Assembly: GCF_018350175.1 (NCBI RefSeq)
Contig: NC_058378.1
Coordinates: 35,588,001-35,652,000, forward strand
From: Felis catus
Lineage: Eukaryota
Direction of reading: 5' to 3'
Length of the DNA stretch: 64,000 nucleotides
Below, in pieces: positions 10,401 to 24,125 of the stretch. The position numbers were made by a program, and so were the translations under genes. The notes under the pieces were generated by a model, which saw only the letters and a program-made list of their open reading frames with translations, did not search any database and was not told the origin of the DNA. Every line of letters begins with the position of its first letter. The stretch's first letter is position 1.

Positions 10401-12332
10401 TGGGGATTAGTTTGGAAATACATCTAACATTTCTAGTGCCCCTGTGCCCCCAATCAAGCATCACCCTGAAGTATTGCCCATCACAGTTTGATGGTTTACT
10501 TCTATTCTGAAATAGTAGAAACTTGTATCCAGTTTTGTCTGAGGCTCTTAGCTTGTTGGACACAAGATGGTCACTAGTGGGGCATTTCTTTCTTAAGACC
10601 AATAGCTCACTTGGCCATTGGTGGCTAGTGAAGGCTTGGCTGTGTGCCGAGTGAATGTAAGTGTCGTTTATGTGACTTTTGCTTGTAGGTACATCATTTC
10701 TGTCTCTGGACTGGACTGTTTTGATGTTACACATTACAAGAGTGTAGACATCAAATAATTTCCAAATCTGTTTTGATCCTAGAGGTTGTTTGTCACCTTT
10801 TTACAATGAAGAAAATTGGGTCCTACTGATAATCTGACTTTGAGTTTAATGGATAAGAATTAAGTGGCACCTGGCTGTTGTTTGGCTTAATAACAATATT
10901 GAATTTCAGTATTTCACATGTGAATAAAAAAGCAGAACACTTCATAATTGCATGATAAGGAAACCTGGAGGGCCTTTGTCTCTCCGGAGATTCAAAAAGT
11001 TTACAGCTGTTTTTGTATTTTATTTTAGGCAAAAGTCAACAACTCTAGTTTAATTGGAGTGGGCTATACTCAGACTCTGAGGCCTGGTAAGTGTTCTTGA
11101 TACGTAGGATTTTTTTGATGGTGTTTCAAAAATTATTTTTTATTTCTCAGCTTCTTTGTAAACCTTTCAAAAACAGTACTATGAACATGTTTATCTTTTG
11201 CCACAATTTTTTTTATTCCTTTTTTTTTCCTTTTTTTTTTGCTGGGCTGTTTGGAAGTTGGAGCTGTCATGACACTTCCCTAAATGCTTCAGCATGCATC
11301 TACTCAGAACAGGAGTGTTGTGCTCTCTGACATAACTCATTGCTTTCATTGTTTGGTCTCTGTAGTCTCGTTTACTTTATGTACTATTTTGAGCCTTGCT
11401 ATGTTTTCTAGAGCAGTACTTACCAAATTTTAGTGTGCATGAATCACCCGGGGACTCATCAAAATGCAGATTCTGAGCCCATAGATCTGGATGAAGGGTT
11501 CTGTCTTTCTAACAAGCTCTTGTGTGACGCCAGTGTTACTGGTTCTTGGACCACATTTGAATAGCAGGTTCTAAAGCACTTGGAACTCCCCCCCCCCCCC
11601 CCCCCCCTTTCAAATAGGGATTTTCCCCCAGACTTTATTTTGGCCTTTTGGAAACCTAAAGGAAAGAATGGTATGAAGAACACCCATATGCCCTTAGCCA
11701 CATTTACCAGTTAACATTTACCACATGTGTTTTCTCTGTCCATGTCTGCATACATAATCCTTTTTTTCTCTATATGCCTTTAAGAATTATTTGTTTTGTA
11801 GACATGTGGATACACCAGCCCTAACATGCATATCCTGAGATTAAGACATTTTTCTTCCTAACTACAATACCACTGTTATAGCTAAGGAAATTAACATTAA
11901 TTTAGCAATATGTAATAGTCTATACATGTAGTCTATATTCTGTTTTCCCCACTTCTCTATTGTAGTTTTCCTTTCCTGAGTCCAATTATGATTTTCCTTT
12001 GTAGCATATTGAATATTACTATATTTTCTAGAGCACTTTGAACTTTATTAACATTTTTATGCTCTGTGACTTTATCTCTTTACTTTCTGAATTCTCTTGT
12101 ATCTCTGATACTCCTAAGTGCCCTCTGGTGGCTGGCACTAGTAGGTCATCTGACAGGCTGAGGAGGGACAGGCAGGCTATTAAAGATTGCAGACTTTGGA
12201 GGTGTTCAGACAAATCATAGTTGCCTGCTTTTGTTTACAGGTGTCAAGCTTACACTGTCTGCTCTGGTAGATGGGAAGAGCATTAATGCTGGAGGCCACA
12301 AACTTGGGCTTGCCCTGGAGTTGGAGGCTTAA
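947..12332 (+). CDS. VDAC2: Voltage-dependent anion-selective channel 2 (spliced CDS, 9 coding exons, expected 294 aa)
   Basis: Visible exons translate to VDAC2: [11 protein letters not shown] / [17 protein letters not shown] / [51 protein letters not shown] / [18 protein letters not shown] / ...HTNV / ...[12 protein letters not shown] / [19 protein letters not shown] / [30 protein letters not shown]. All visible splice sites are GT-AG. Confidence 0.97.
1379..1483 (+). pseudogene. VDAC2: Remnant of the alternative VDAC2 first coding exon (human long-isoform N-terminus)
   Basis: Translates [25 protein letters not shown], similar to the recalled human isoform N-terminus MSWCNELRLPALKQHSIGRGLESHIT. 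The expected donor position reads ATATGC. Confidence 0.7.
2064..2200 (+). CDS. VDAC2: VDAC2 exon 3 (expected 69 nt, PMCIPPSYADLGKAARDIFNKGF) inferred to lie inside this N-run
   Basis: Not visible elsewhere between exons 2 and 4, and this is the only gap in that interval. Inference only; exact coordinates unknown. Confidence 0.7.
2969..3018 (+). CDS. VDAC2: VDAC2 exon 4
   Basis: ttgaag|GTTTTGGG...GGTGTG|gtgagt; encodes [17 protein letters not shown]. Confidence 0.96.
3070..3302 (-). mobile_element. Can-SINE (SINEC_Fc-like)
   Basis: Reverse of the GGGGCACCTGGGTGGCTCAG head, CT-rich body, A-rich tail. Confidence 0.9.
3306..3517 (-). mobile_element. Can-SINE (older subfamily)
   Basis: Diverged tRNA-derived head and tail, tandem to the previous copy. 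Confidence 0.8.
6118..6270 (+). CDS. VDAC2: VDAC2 exon 5
   Basis: tactag|GAATTC...GACCAG|gtaaca; 153 nt, EFSTSG...IAIEDQ. Confidence 0.97.
6364..6416 (+). CDS. VDAC2: VDAC2 exon 6
   Basis: aatag|ATTTGT...CACGGG|gtaagc; 53 nt after a 93-nt intron. Confidence 0.97.
6452..6555 (-). mobile_element. Short Can-SINE with 15-bp TSD
   Basis: TSD TTTATCTGCTTTAAA at 6437-6451 and 6556-6570. Confidence 0.85.
7016..7243 (+). CDS. VDAC2: VDAC2 exon 7 (mostly N; start inferred from the 228-nt orthologous exon)
   Basis: Visible 3' end CACTAATGT|gtgagt (..HTNV); the rest lies under N-run 6990-7234. Confidence 0.8.
7350..7591 (-). mobile_element. Can-SINE
   Basis: TSD CTAAAGGATYTCTCTTAA on both sides; (GA)n body. 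Confidence 0.9.
8358..8508 (+). CDS. VDAC2: VDAC2 exon 8 (5' part N; start inferred from the 151-nt orthologous exon)
   Basis: Visible GCCAAATATCAGTTGGACCCCACTGCTTCCATTTCT|gtgagt = [12 protein letters not shown]. Confidence 0.85.
8873..9085 (-). mobile_element. Young SINEC_Fc
   Basis: CpGs largely intact; perfect TSD GGACTCTGTCTTT. Confidence 0.95.
9270..9606 (+). mobile_element. MER81-like hAT-Blackjack MITE interrupted by a Can-SINE (9342-9543, +)
   Basis: TIR TAGGGTGACCA...CACCCTA; SINE TSD AGTCYTGCATCCCA. Confidence 0.7.
9622..9838 (-). mobile_element. Can-SINE
   Basis: Typical SINEC_Fc sequence in reverse. Confidence 0.9.
11029..11086 (+). CDS. VDAC2: VDAC2 exon 9
   Basis: ttttag|GCAAAAGTC...AGGCCTG|gtaagt; [19 protein letters not shown]. 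Confidence 0.97.
11414..11568. mobile_element. MER5A-like hAT-Charlie element
   Basis: CAGT..CAAA..GAATCACC..AAAATGCAGATTC core; 8-bp TSD TTCTAGAG / TTCTAAAG. Confidence 0.75.
11588..11607. repeat. C20 homopolymer
   Basis: Directly visible. Confidence 0.95.
11650..11990 (-). mobile_element. Old L1 (L1MC/ME-type) 3' fragment
   Basis: AAGAATGGTATGAAGAACACCCATATGCCC...; a similar fragment lies at ~11140-11340. Confidence 0.5.
12118..12132 (-). promoter_or_regulatory. CTCF motif in VDAC2 intron 9
   Basis: Minus strand reads GCCACCAGAGGGCAC, a near-consensus core. Confidence 0.65.
12241..12332 (+). CDS. VDAC2: VDAC2 exon 10 coding part
   Basis: tttacag|GTGTCAAG...GAGGCTTAA; [30 protein letters not shown]. 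Confidence 0.97.
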
Positions 12333-12800
12333 TCTAGCTGAAAGAAACCTCTGGGAATGGATATCAGAAGATTTGGCCTTAATATATTTCCAGTGTGACC
12401 GACCAGCAGGCTTTTTCCCCCCAAGAAGGTGATCAAAACAAAGGATGATCTAAACAAGAGCTGTATTTTAAACATTTAGACAGTTACTTGTTAGCTGGTT
12501 NNNNNNNNNNNNNNNNNNNNNNNNNNNNNNNNNNNNNNNNNNNNNNNNNNNNNNNNNNNNNNNNNNNNNNNNNNNNNNNNNNNNNNNNNNNNNNNNNNNN
12601 NNNNNNNNNNNNNNNNNNNNNNNNNNNNNNNNNNNNNNNNTTTGTTTTTATGTTCTTATTAACATTGAAAATTGCCATTGAATGAGATGGATCAGTGGAA
12701 GTTTTAAGATGAGGTTAAAAAATTTTGTTAAATTCAACTATTAGAGTTACTTTTGGTATCCCAAAACATTACAGATTATGAATAAAACAAGTATACATAA
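12333..12800 (+). terminator. VDAC2: VDAC2 3' UTR / polyadenylation region
   Basis: Follows the stop codon. N-run 12501-12640 is followed by a U/GU-rich tract, so the main PAS may be masked. A visible AATAAA lies at 12781-12786. Confidence 0.55.
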
Positions 12801-13668
12801 CTAATGACTCCAAGTATTTGCAGAGTTAAACATTTGCCAGCTAGGGTCAAATCTCCCTTGTATCTAGTTAGTACTTTATTTTTCTGGTGAGCATTTTGCT
12901 TTTTACCTAAATCTGTGCCATTAAGTCCTCTGTGTCCCTAAAGTAACTCCATGAGCTTTTTGGACTACAATAAAATAAGAGGATATATGCCTTTATATCT
13001 TCAGTTTGTAAGTTTGTCCAAAATTCCATTGGATCACTGTTGACCCCAGGAGGGAGTGGAGAGTAAGTGATGAAGAAAGGAAGAAGGGATGGTGCTGAAG
13101 GTTAGCCACATACACCACACCCCTGCAAGCTATCGCTGTGGAAAATGAGCTAGGCCATAGGTGGGATGGGACAAGGTGTAGGCAAGTGGAGTGGGGTGTC
13201 TGTAACCAGAGGAACTGAGAAGGGAATATGTGGGCCTCGGTCAGATGTCAGTCATTTCATTCTAGGCAGACACTGACTGAAAGGGTCGGACTTAAGTGTG
13301 TGAGACCAGAAGCCGTGCCTTCAGGTTTTGTGGCCACTGGCCCTTAATCTGCACTTGGACTGAATGATAGAAATTAATAGGTGATTCTGGTTGGAATAGT
13401 AGGAAAGAGCAAGTGTTCTGATGGGAGGAGATAGTTTGAAGAATGTGATCAGAGTTTAAGAGAAGGGAGAGATTTGTTCACATTGAAACTACTAGACCCA
13501 GTGTACCATTTGAAGTCTGAGAGAGAACAGATAAGGAAATGTAAGTACTTTCAGACTCACTACCCAAAAAATGATACATGCTGAATATTTCTAGGTCAGA
13601 AAGAATCTGATGAGAGATTAGAAACCCAAGCAAACTTTCCACACTGGGGTGATAAAAAGGCTCCTTCT

Positions 13669-13842
13669 GGGGCGCCTGGGTAGCTCAGTCAGGCATCTGA
13701 CTCGATTTCAGCTCAGATCATGATCTCACGGTTATAGATTGAGCCCTGCCTTGGGCTCTGTGCTCAGTGTGGAGCCTGGTTAGGATTCTCAATCTCTGCC
13801 CCTTCCCCCCATTCGTGCTCTCCTCTAAAAACAACAAAAAAA
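13669..13842 (+). mobile_element. Can-SINE
   Basis: GGGGCGCCTGGGTAGCTCAG head, A tail. Confidence 0.85.
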
Positions 13843-14270
13843 GGGGTCTTTCTGATCTTACTGTGTTCGTCTTGACGGACTGGCAGAAATGGCCTGTATG
13901 AATAAGATAGGACTTAATGGCAGAAAGTTGGAATTTGAGCCATTTGAGAGACACTGTTGCTAGGTTAAAAAAGATGTCTGCAAGTTAGGTGTGAAAACAC
14001 CTCATGCTTTTGGGATACACAGGAGAGCTGTGAAGTAGCTCAGCAGACCGCTGAGAAACTGCTGGCGGTGCTTGGTGGGAAGGAACTGGTCACAGGCCTG
14101 GTGACCCCTGAAGCCTCCTGGATGACCTGCTGCCCCTTAGTTAACCAGTGGCCTTCCCTCATGTTGTGTTTACCTGGTCCAGTACTCAGGACTGGGTGTG
14201 GCACAAGTGAGCTACCAGTTTGTCAAAGATCTATTTAAGAGTAAATTGGGCCTGTTCACCCATGTGCATC

Positions 14271-14475
14271 CTTTTTTTTTTTTTTAAACATTTATTTTTG
14301 AGACAAAGCATGAACGGGGGAGGGGCAGAGAGAGAGGGAGACACAGAATCTGAAACAGGCTCCAGACTCTGAGCTGTCAGCACAGAGCCCGACACGGGGC
14401 TCGAACCCACGGACCGTGAGATCATGACCTGGGTCGAAGTCAGACGCTTAACCGGCTGAGCCACCCAGGTGCCCC
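14271..14475 (-). mobile_element. SINEC_Fc
   Basis: TSD CCCATGTGCA. Confidence 0.92.
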
Positions 14476-15607
14476 TTCCCCATGTGCAACCTTAATAGGC
14501 TTTAATGTGTGGAGAGACAAGGGTTGGTTCACACCCAGAGCCCTGTGGGTTAAAATGTAAGGTACGTACCAAGAAGTTTAGGATTATGAAAGTTGCCTGT
14601 TAACGGTCTCCTGTGGCCTTGTTTCTAGTAGCCTCCAGCCTCGTAGCAGCACCCAGGCCTAACCAAGTGGTGGCAAAACCTGATTGTCTTCTAGGCTGAT
14701 GCCATTTCTGCCTGAGGCAGTGTTAGTGGGAAGAACACTTCATCTGTGGCCTGGAGATACCTTCCTAGGGGATTAGGATTAGGGAGGTTTAGATGAGAGA
14801 AGTGAAGCACCTGGCTTCCCTCCACCTCAGCTCGTAGATGTTGGTGCCGGACAGCCTAACCATATCTTCATCTTCCTCTGGGGAACTTATTTAAAACCGC
14901 AGTACTGATGGTCTCCTCCTACCTGTTGGCCTGTCTGCTTCACACCTTTCTGGTCAGTGATCCCACTCAGTCCCTCACCTTTCTCCAGGACTTCAGGGGG
15001 AGGACAGGATATATACTCCAACCTCGTGGTCCTCAGGTCTAAGTCAAGTGGCCTGTTTTTCAGAAATGATGTCCACTGACCAGAGCCTCCACTGTAGAGG
15101 TGAGATCGAGCTGACAGTGCTGTGAAAACATGGGCAGATAGCAGAACCAGCATAACCTGTGAAAGTACCCAGCCACAAACCTGGTCAGCTGTAGGGTCTG
15201 TTTCCTGTTGTCAGACTCCAGCTGTGGTCTCCCAACCAGTCCCAGCTGCGCCAAACAAGAGCTTCATTCACTTGACCCTCCTAGGAAGCTAAGTAGGAGG
15301 GAGACCAAGGCGGGGCTCTAGCGAGCATCCTGTGGAGTGGAGGCAAATCCGAAGAGCTGGGATCTCTGAGCAACTGTATGTGGCCAGGTCAATCAAAACT
15401 TTATATCTTGCCTCCCGTCAGCTGGAGGCTCCTACTCAGGCTTTAGCCCTGGTGCCACGTGGTCCTCAGGACAGTGCCACGGAGGGGATGACGCCTATGA
15501 CCTCAAGGCTCCCTTCTGCTGAAGAACCTGCCAGTGCTGGGCCCTCCCTCCCTACCCCACGTTAGAGCCACGTACGGAGGCTGAGAAGATCTTGTCCCAG
15601 GCCCCAC

Positions 15608-15613
15608 TTTATT
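15608..15613 (-). terminator. COMTD1: COMTD1 polyadenylation signal AATAAA
   Basis: TTTATT on the + strand, ~77 nt past the TAG stop. Confidence 0.85.
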
Positions 15614-15689
15614 GTCGAATTTAGAACTCAGGGTTGATGTCTGGGGTACCCAGGTCCCCTCACTTGAGGCCACTCTCGGGGGGCCAGCC

Positions 15690-17830
<2,141 letters not shown>

Positions 17831-18639
17831 TGGGTCAGGGAGGTAGAAATTTGATGCCCCTCCTGGGTGCTTCTTATTATCGCTGCTGCTTCTGCTGGGA
17901 CCCTGGGGCATATGTGGGTGGGTGGCTGGGCCGCTGGCGTAACAGGATAGTAATTTGCACGAAGTGATAGAAATTACAGGAGTTCCGAGAGGGACTGGGA
18001 GGCTTCCTGTGGGAGGTGAGTGAGGGTATCCGATTGAAGGACCCGGTTTGGGGACAAAAACCACAGGAGGGGAGGCTTGAGAGGGGAGGCTTGTTGATGG
18101 GGCCCTGAGACAAGGTTCTTAGAAACCCGCCGTCGGGTGCCAGACAGACGTATGAGCTCTTGGGTCCCTCTTTCTCAGCCTGTTTATTTTGTGTGAAGTA
18201 GGAACCACGGTCTTACCGTAAACAGCACCAGATCCCACAACCTGGCACACAGTAGGTGTCCAGTAAATGGCAGCTGTGGAGACATGTGGAGGCAGGAGTG
18301 GAGACATTTGGGGGAGGGGGAGTGATTGCAGGGCAGGTGAGGTCCCCTTGCAGGGCTGTTCTGCAGGGTCACTCTCCAGTGAGCACTGATGGAACACTTA
18401 CCGTAACACAAAGTGGGGAAGGCGAAAGAAGCCAGTGGCTTGTATTCCTAGTGACGCTGCATTCAGAGACCACAGCACACACTAGAATGGGGAGCAGCTC
18501 TGCTTTCACAATTTCCTCTTCTGCAAAATGGGGTTATTCACAGTCGCCACCTCCCAGGGGATGAAACGAGAAAATCCACGTGAAGGATTTACACAGGGCC
18601 GGCACTTGGTGGGCTGTAACTTACATTTAAAAGGAGTCC

Positions 18640-19290
18640 AGGGCCAAAGGGCAGCGGGTCATCCGGCCGCTCAAGGTCACCTCCCCCCCCGGGCTGGGTG
18701 CTCCAACAGCCCATTTAGTACCCACTCTGGCCAGTCAGGAACTCCACCGGGGGGCTTCCCAGAGGAGGCTTAGCGGGTGCGAGGCCCCCGGACCCCAAGG
18801 CCCAGAGGCAGGTTTGTTGAGGTTTAGGGGGTGGTCCGTGAGATCGGCTAAGCCGAGGAAGATCGGAGCGAGCTGGAGAGACTTGGAGCACAGCCCTGAC
18901 CCCAGCTGGGAGGCGGTGCAGGAGGAGGGCTCAGTTCCGGGTCAAGTCTCCAGGAGCCGCTGACGTGACCTCCAGTCAGACGCAGAGGGCGGGACTGACC
19001 CCGGGCGCGGGGTGGAGCCGGCTGTCTGTGCCTGGGCTGGGCGGGGGTGCGGCTGGCTGGGAAGCACCTGCCCCTTTGCCTTCGAATCCTCTGCATCCTG
19101 GTTGGCCCCCAGTAAATGTTTCTCTGACCAGACTCTGAGCCTCATCCCCAGGGTAAGGGCTGCTGGGTCTCTCCTCTCCCAGGGCTGAGCACACAGCAAG
19201 TGATACATAAGTGCGGCCTGAGCAGTGTGCTGGAGCGGCACCCCGCTCCTTGCTGCTGCAGCTGCGGGTCTAGACAGTCAACACAGTAAC
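18640..19290. promoter_or_regulatory. Secondary GC/CpG-rich element upstream of COMTD1
   Basis: CpG cluster, ERRE TCAAGGTCA at 18671-18679, TGACGT at 18961, GC boxes. Confidence 0.45.
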
Positions 19291-19659
19291 CGTAGGGGCC
19301 TCCCACTGAGTACCAGGCCTTCTAAATGCAGCCTACCTATGAGGCTGGCATACTGTTCCCATTTTCCCGAGGAGGAAACCAAAGCTCAGAGAGGTGCCCT
19401 CCTCACTGACTCCATGCGCTGAGACCCAGCAAGATCCAGACACCCAAGAAGTGCTTTCCTGGCAGCCGTGCTGGGCTCTCTCCACCAGGCCACCGGCCTG
19501 GGGGCCCTGGGCTCAGCTCTACCTTGTCTGGGAGTCCGGATTTGGGCAGGCCCCCAGCTCACACCCGAGCCTCCCTCCCCAAGCCTGGCTTCCGGCGGGA
19601 GCCCCGGAGGGGGGGTGGGGGGCGGGGAGCCGGCAGGGAGGGGAGGCATGTCACCATAT

Positions 19660-20060
19660 ATCCCCGTCAGATTAAAAAACTAATTTGAAAAGATTAATGT
19701 ATTCCATTCTTGTTACGCTGGCTCTGATACCTCTGGGCCCGCGNNNNNNNNNNNNNNNNNNNNNNNNNNNNNNNNNNNNNNNNNNNNNNNNNNNNNNNNN
19801 NNNNNNNNNNNNNNNNNNNNNNNNNNNNNNNNNNNNNNNNNNNNNNNNNNNNNNNNNNNNNNNNNNNNNNNNNNNNNNNNNNNNNNNNNNNNNNNNNNNN
19901 NNNNNNNNNNNNNNNNNNNNNNNNNNNNNNNNNNNNNNNNNNNNNNNNNNNNNNNNNNNNNNNNNNNNNNNTTTAATTTTTCCACCTCCCTCCCCCGTTT
20001 GCTACTCATTTCTTGTCTCTTGCATTGCAGCACCGGGGCGTCTCAGCTCACAATGAAGGG
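19660..20060. promoter_or_regulatory. Putative conserved non-coding element (partly N)
   Basis: AT-rich TAAT/ATTA cluster in a GC-rich background, flanking N-run 19744-19971. Confidence 0.5.
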
Positions 20061-21594
20061 AGCAAAGTGTCGCCTTGGAATCCTACAGAGCCTTTTCCAG
20101 GAGGCTGAAAACAAAGTCAGTGTTGCTTCTTTTCCTCAGAGGTGCCCCTGCGGTGGGGAGGAGGGAGCTGGGCCTCCCCAAAGGGCCATCTGGATGTGGG
20201 CAGCTGCTCCCAGGGCCATGAGGGGCTGGGCAAGAGGAACACCATTTCTACCTCTCTGGGTTGCCCTTTTGGTCCCATGCAGGTCAAATGCCCCACTAGG
20301 CACCCAGGAACTCTCAGGCTGGTAAGGGCAGAGAAAGTGGGTGCCTCTTCATACCTTTAGGTCCATACCAGGAAGTGAGAATTGACCCCTGACAAATTCT
20401 TAGCCAAATCAGGGCCCTGGAAACAGCTTTCCACAACAATGGGTCTGGAAGAGGCCCCTGAATTTCTATCATGACACCCCCAGCTTCTACTTCTGAACTG
20501 CTGACATCACATGGGTTGGATCCTCTCTCCCAGGGGCTCCCCAGGACTGTGCAGGGCAGGGTAGGGGCAGAAAAGTAGGGTTGTGGAGTCAGGTCAGGCC
20601 TAAGCAATTGGAAGATGGAAGTGTTCAGGGGCTGCACAGGTAGGTGAGGCGAAGCAGTAGGGGGCAGTGCGGACTGGGGCACTGCAGAGCTCATGTCCCG
20701 TCCAAAGGCCTGGCAGCCACTTGGCCGCCTATGCCGCCATGTGGGAAGATGGATGCAGTGTGGCCAGAGCTTGTGAGTTCTCAAGAAGGGTTGAAATCTG
20801 GCTTGTAATGTGAAACCTCACCATTTTAAGCATTTGGATTAGACTTTTGTTTTTTTTTAAGCATTGCTTCAGCCGAACTGAATACATCTTTGATGTCTGG
20901 GTTTGATCTGGCCCCTGGGACCACCGTTTCCTCTGATTGGGAGCATGTATCAGAGGAGCTGAGACGTGGAGGTGGAGTCTGGTGGGGCCAGCTGACGCCT
21001 CTGCCCTGCCCCCACCTCAGGAATCCTTTTCCTACCTTTGGGCTCTCCATCCGCTTCCCACGCTCAGCGGGCTCTTCCCCAGCAGCTGTGGGCTGCCAGG
21101 GGCACCTTGGAGCCTCTGTCCAGGTCTTGCCTTCTGTAGGCCTCTCCATACAGAAATTTGCAGCCTGAAGTCTGACCGCATCTGGGTGAGGTTTGCCAAG
21201 CTCCCCAGGGAGGATGGCACCTGTTCACCTAAGACTTTGGGGGTGTGTGTGGGGGGGCAACGCCCTGACTCCAAGGCTCTAGGGGTGTTTCAGGCCGAGC
21301 GGATGGAATCAGAGAGACCATGAGTTAGGGGCTTCTGGGGCTTCTCAGATGAGGTGGGGACGATGGAGCCCCACTGCCTGCTCCTGCCTCCTCTGTGCTG
21401 AGATGCTACAGACCTGGCAATGCCCCGGCCTCCTGTGCCCCGGCTTCCTTATCTGGACAGGCCCAGTGGGAAAGCGACAGCACGGGCTCTAGGATCAGAT
21501 GGACTTGGGGTCTGTCGTTGGTCCCATAGCTCCGTGGCTGTGAGTTCAGAGTTTCTCAGCTAGAAAGTGAGGGTGATACTTCTCTACCTCTCTC

Positions 21595-22079
21595 GCTGTG
21601 TACTGAGCACCCACAAACGTGCGGGCTTTGAACAGCCCCCATTTATCATTTCACAGTCCTGTGGGGCAGAAGCTGTCAAGGTATGGCTGCATTCTCTGCT
21701 TGGGGGCTCGCCACGCTGACGTCACAGTGTTGCTGGGGCTGCGGTTCTGCCGGGCCCCCCCCGGCTCTTTTCTCAGCCCACTGGTTGTTGGTGGATTTCA
21801 GCTCCTTCTCGTGAAGCTCCTGTGTCAAGGCCAGCAAAGACATCTTGGATCTTGTTGGTGCTTCAAATCACTTTGCCTTTCTCTTCTGCCTTTAAGTGCT
21901 CCTGTGCTTACGGTGGGCCCACCCAGGTAATCGCAGGTAATGTCCTTATTTTAACGTGACCTGGTTGGTAACCTTAGTTACATCTGCAAAGTCCCCTTGC
22001 CATTTAAGATAAGAACCACAGGATTCGCACTGATGGTGGAGGTCGTAGAGATCATGGGGGCAAAATTCTGTCTGCCACA
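21595..22079 (-). mobile_element. MLT1-family (ERVL-MaLR) solo LTR
   Basis: Ends ATTCTGTCTGCCACA; contains GGGCCCACCCAGGTAATC and ACATCTGCAAAGTCCC motifs. Confidence 0.7.
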
Positions 22080-22181
22080 ATCCCCGATGACCTTGGTGTG
22101 TGTCTCATGATGTCATCTGTTTCTTTCTTCCTGTTTTTTTAAATGTTAAAAAAAAATTTTCGTTAAAAAAAAAAAGGGGGG

Positions 22182-22406
22182 GGGGCGCCTGGGTGGCGCA
22201 GTCGGTTAAGCGTCCGACTTCAGCCAGGTCATGATCTCGTGGTCCGTGAGTTCGAGCCCCGCGTCGGGCTCTGGGCTGATGGCTCGGAGCCTGGAGCCTG
22301 CTTCAGATTCTGTGTCTCCTTCTCTCTCTGCCCCTTCCCCACTCATGCTCTGTTTCTCTCTGTCTCTCAAAAATAAATAAATGTTAAAAAAAGTTTAAAA
22401 AAAAAA
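22182..22406 (+). mobile_element. Young SINEC_Fc
   Basis: GGGGCGCCTGGGTGGCGCAGTCGGTTAAGCGTCCGACT head. Confidence 0.93.
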
Positions 22407-22976
22407 GCAACGATTAGTTGCATATTCTTTTACTGGAAGCTCGAAAGCATTCCTGATACAAACAATGTGGCCTGTTCCCACAGGAGTGGTTTGGAGTGGG
22501 TCCTGAGATAACCCTGTTTGCTTTTTCTTCAGGCTAGAGTGTCAGATTCCCCACTGTACTCAAAATCACACCCTGCAAAAGTGAGGCTCCATTTACCTCA
22601 GGGGTGAGCTCTCTCACAGGAGTCGCCCCATCCCTTGAGGCAGGCCAAGTTCCTCCCCTTCCTGACAAGTCCAAATAGCAGCCCTGGGTACTTCCTCCCA
22701 CCCCTGTGCCCCTCAGACCTGAGGCATCCCATGGACACCTCCCAATCCCTGGTGAGGTAGGCATGTCACCCACACCCTACAGGTGACTCTTAGGGGAAGT
22801 AGCTCATCCAAGGTCTCACAGCCCACAACTTGGGGGACTTCCCCCTCCAGAGGGAGTCTCTGTATTTACCTCAGAGGCAGGGGCACAGGGACTTCTGTGA
22901 CGATGACCAGACAGGGCGAGGGATTTTGTGTAGTGAGCTGGGGATGGGTGGGGGAAGCCCCTGTCTTCCCAACATA

Positions 22977-23290
22977 ATAGTCAGGCTTCTGCTGCAAAAG
23001 TGCTATGTAACAGTCCCAAGTGTCAGTGGCTTCCAAAATAACCATGCACTTTTCTCTCCTGGGTCAGCAGGTCAGCTGGGGTGCTTCATTCAGGTGGTGG
23101 GTTCAGATCATTCTGAGACCAGCGCACAGGAGCAAGAGGCCAAGCACCCAAGTGGTTCTAAAGCCTCTGCCTCAGTCAGGGCTGCTGATGTTGCAGTGTC
23201 CACAGCAAGTCACTTGGCCAGGCTGAGTACAGGCGCATGTGTAGTCTACCCCCTCAGTGGAGAAGTCACATGGAGAAGGGTGTGGGCGTG
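22977..23290 (-). mobile_element. Old MLT1-like LTR fragment
   Basis: Similarity to MLT1J/K-type ends; similar fragments at ~25220-25660, ~55860-56300 and ~61130-61400. Confidence 0.45.
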
Positions 23291-23861
23291 CAACCCCATT
23301 ACGGATGGCAGACTGAAGAGGCAGGATCAGCAGTCCAAGCTAACACAGGCCCCGAGGGGGTCCCCAAAGTTGTGGGTGCAGAGGCTGTGGATTGGGCAGG
23401 GCCTCAGCAGGGCAGGTGGGCCAGGGTTGTGCCAGGGGGCCGAAACTGGACTCCCTAATCTGTTTCTTAGAGGAAGGACGTGAAGCTCTGGGGGCCAGAG
23501 TGTTACCTGAGGTAGTAGGCGTGAGCCTCTGCCCGCGCTCCCTGCCATCCTGAACCCCGGTCCAGCCCACGGCACCTGCTTCCCTGGGAGGGAAAACTCC
23601 CAGCATCTGTCTTTCCTCCATGCTGCCCGCCCAGGCTCAGCACAAGCTGATCCCTCACCTACGCCGTGAAATATATCCAGGGACTCCAGAATTCACACTG
23701 TGTCGCATAGCACACCTCTCAGCACTTGTTTTACATCTGGTGGCCTGAAGCTGGCCCGGGGACATACTTTGTTTGCCTTTATCAGTGTTTTGTTTGTTTG
23801 AATGGAGCTAACAGTAAAGGATCAGAAAATTTCACAAAGAATTCAGATTTGATTTCCATTC

Positions 23862-24092
23862 CTTTTTTTTTTTTTTTAATTTTTTTTTTCAACGTTTATT
23901 TATTTTTGGGACAGAGAGAGACAGAGCATGAACGGGGGAGGGGCAGAGAGAGAGGGAGACACAGAATCGGAAACAGGCTCCAGGCTCTGAGCCATCAGCC
24001 CAGAGCCTGACGCGGGGCTCAAACTCACGGACCACGAGATCGTGACCTGGCTGAAGTCGGACGCTTAACCGACTGCGCCACCCAGGCGCCCC
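23862..24092 (-). mobile_element. Young SINEC_Fc
   Basis: TSD TGATTTCC(C)ATTCCTTT; nearly identical to the 8873-9085 copy. Confidence 0.95.
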
Positions 24093-24125
24093 ATGATTTC
24101 CATTCCTTTAGAAAAGGAAGATTTT

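Noticed and set aside
22182-22270. tRNA-like A/B box sequences
   Set aside because: tRNA-derived heads of Can-SINEs followed by CT body and poly(A); not tRNA genes.
22830-23483. 217-aa + strand ORF
   Set aside because: Runs across a decayed MLT1-like fragment, has a non-ATG start, and shows no homology.
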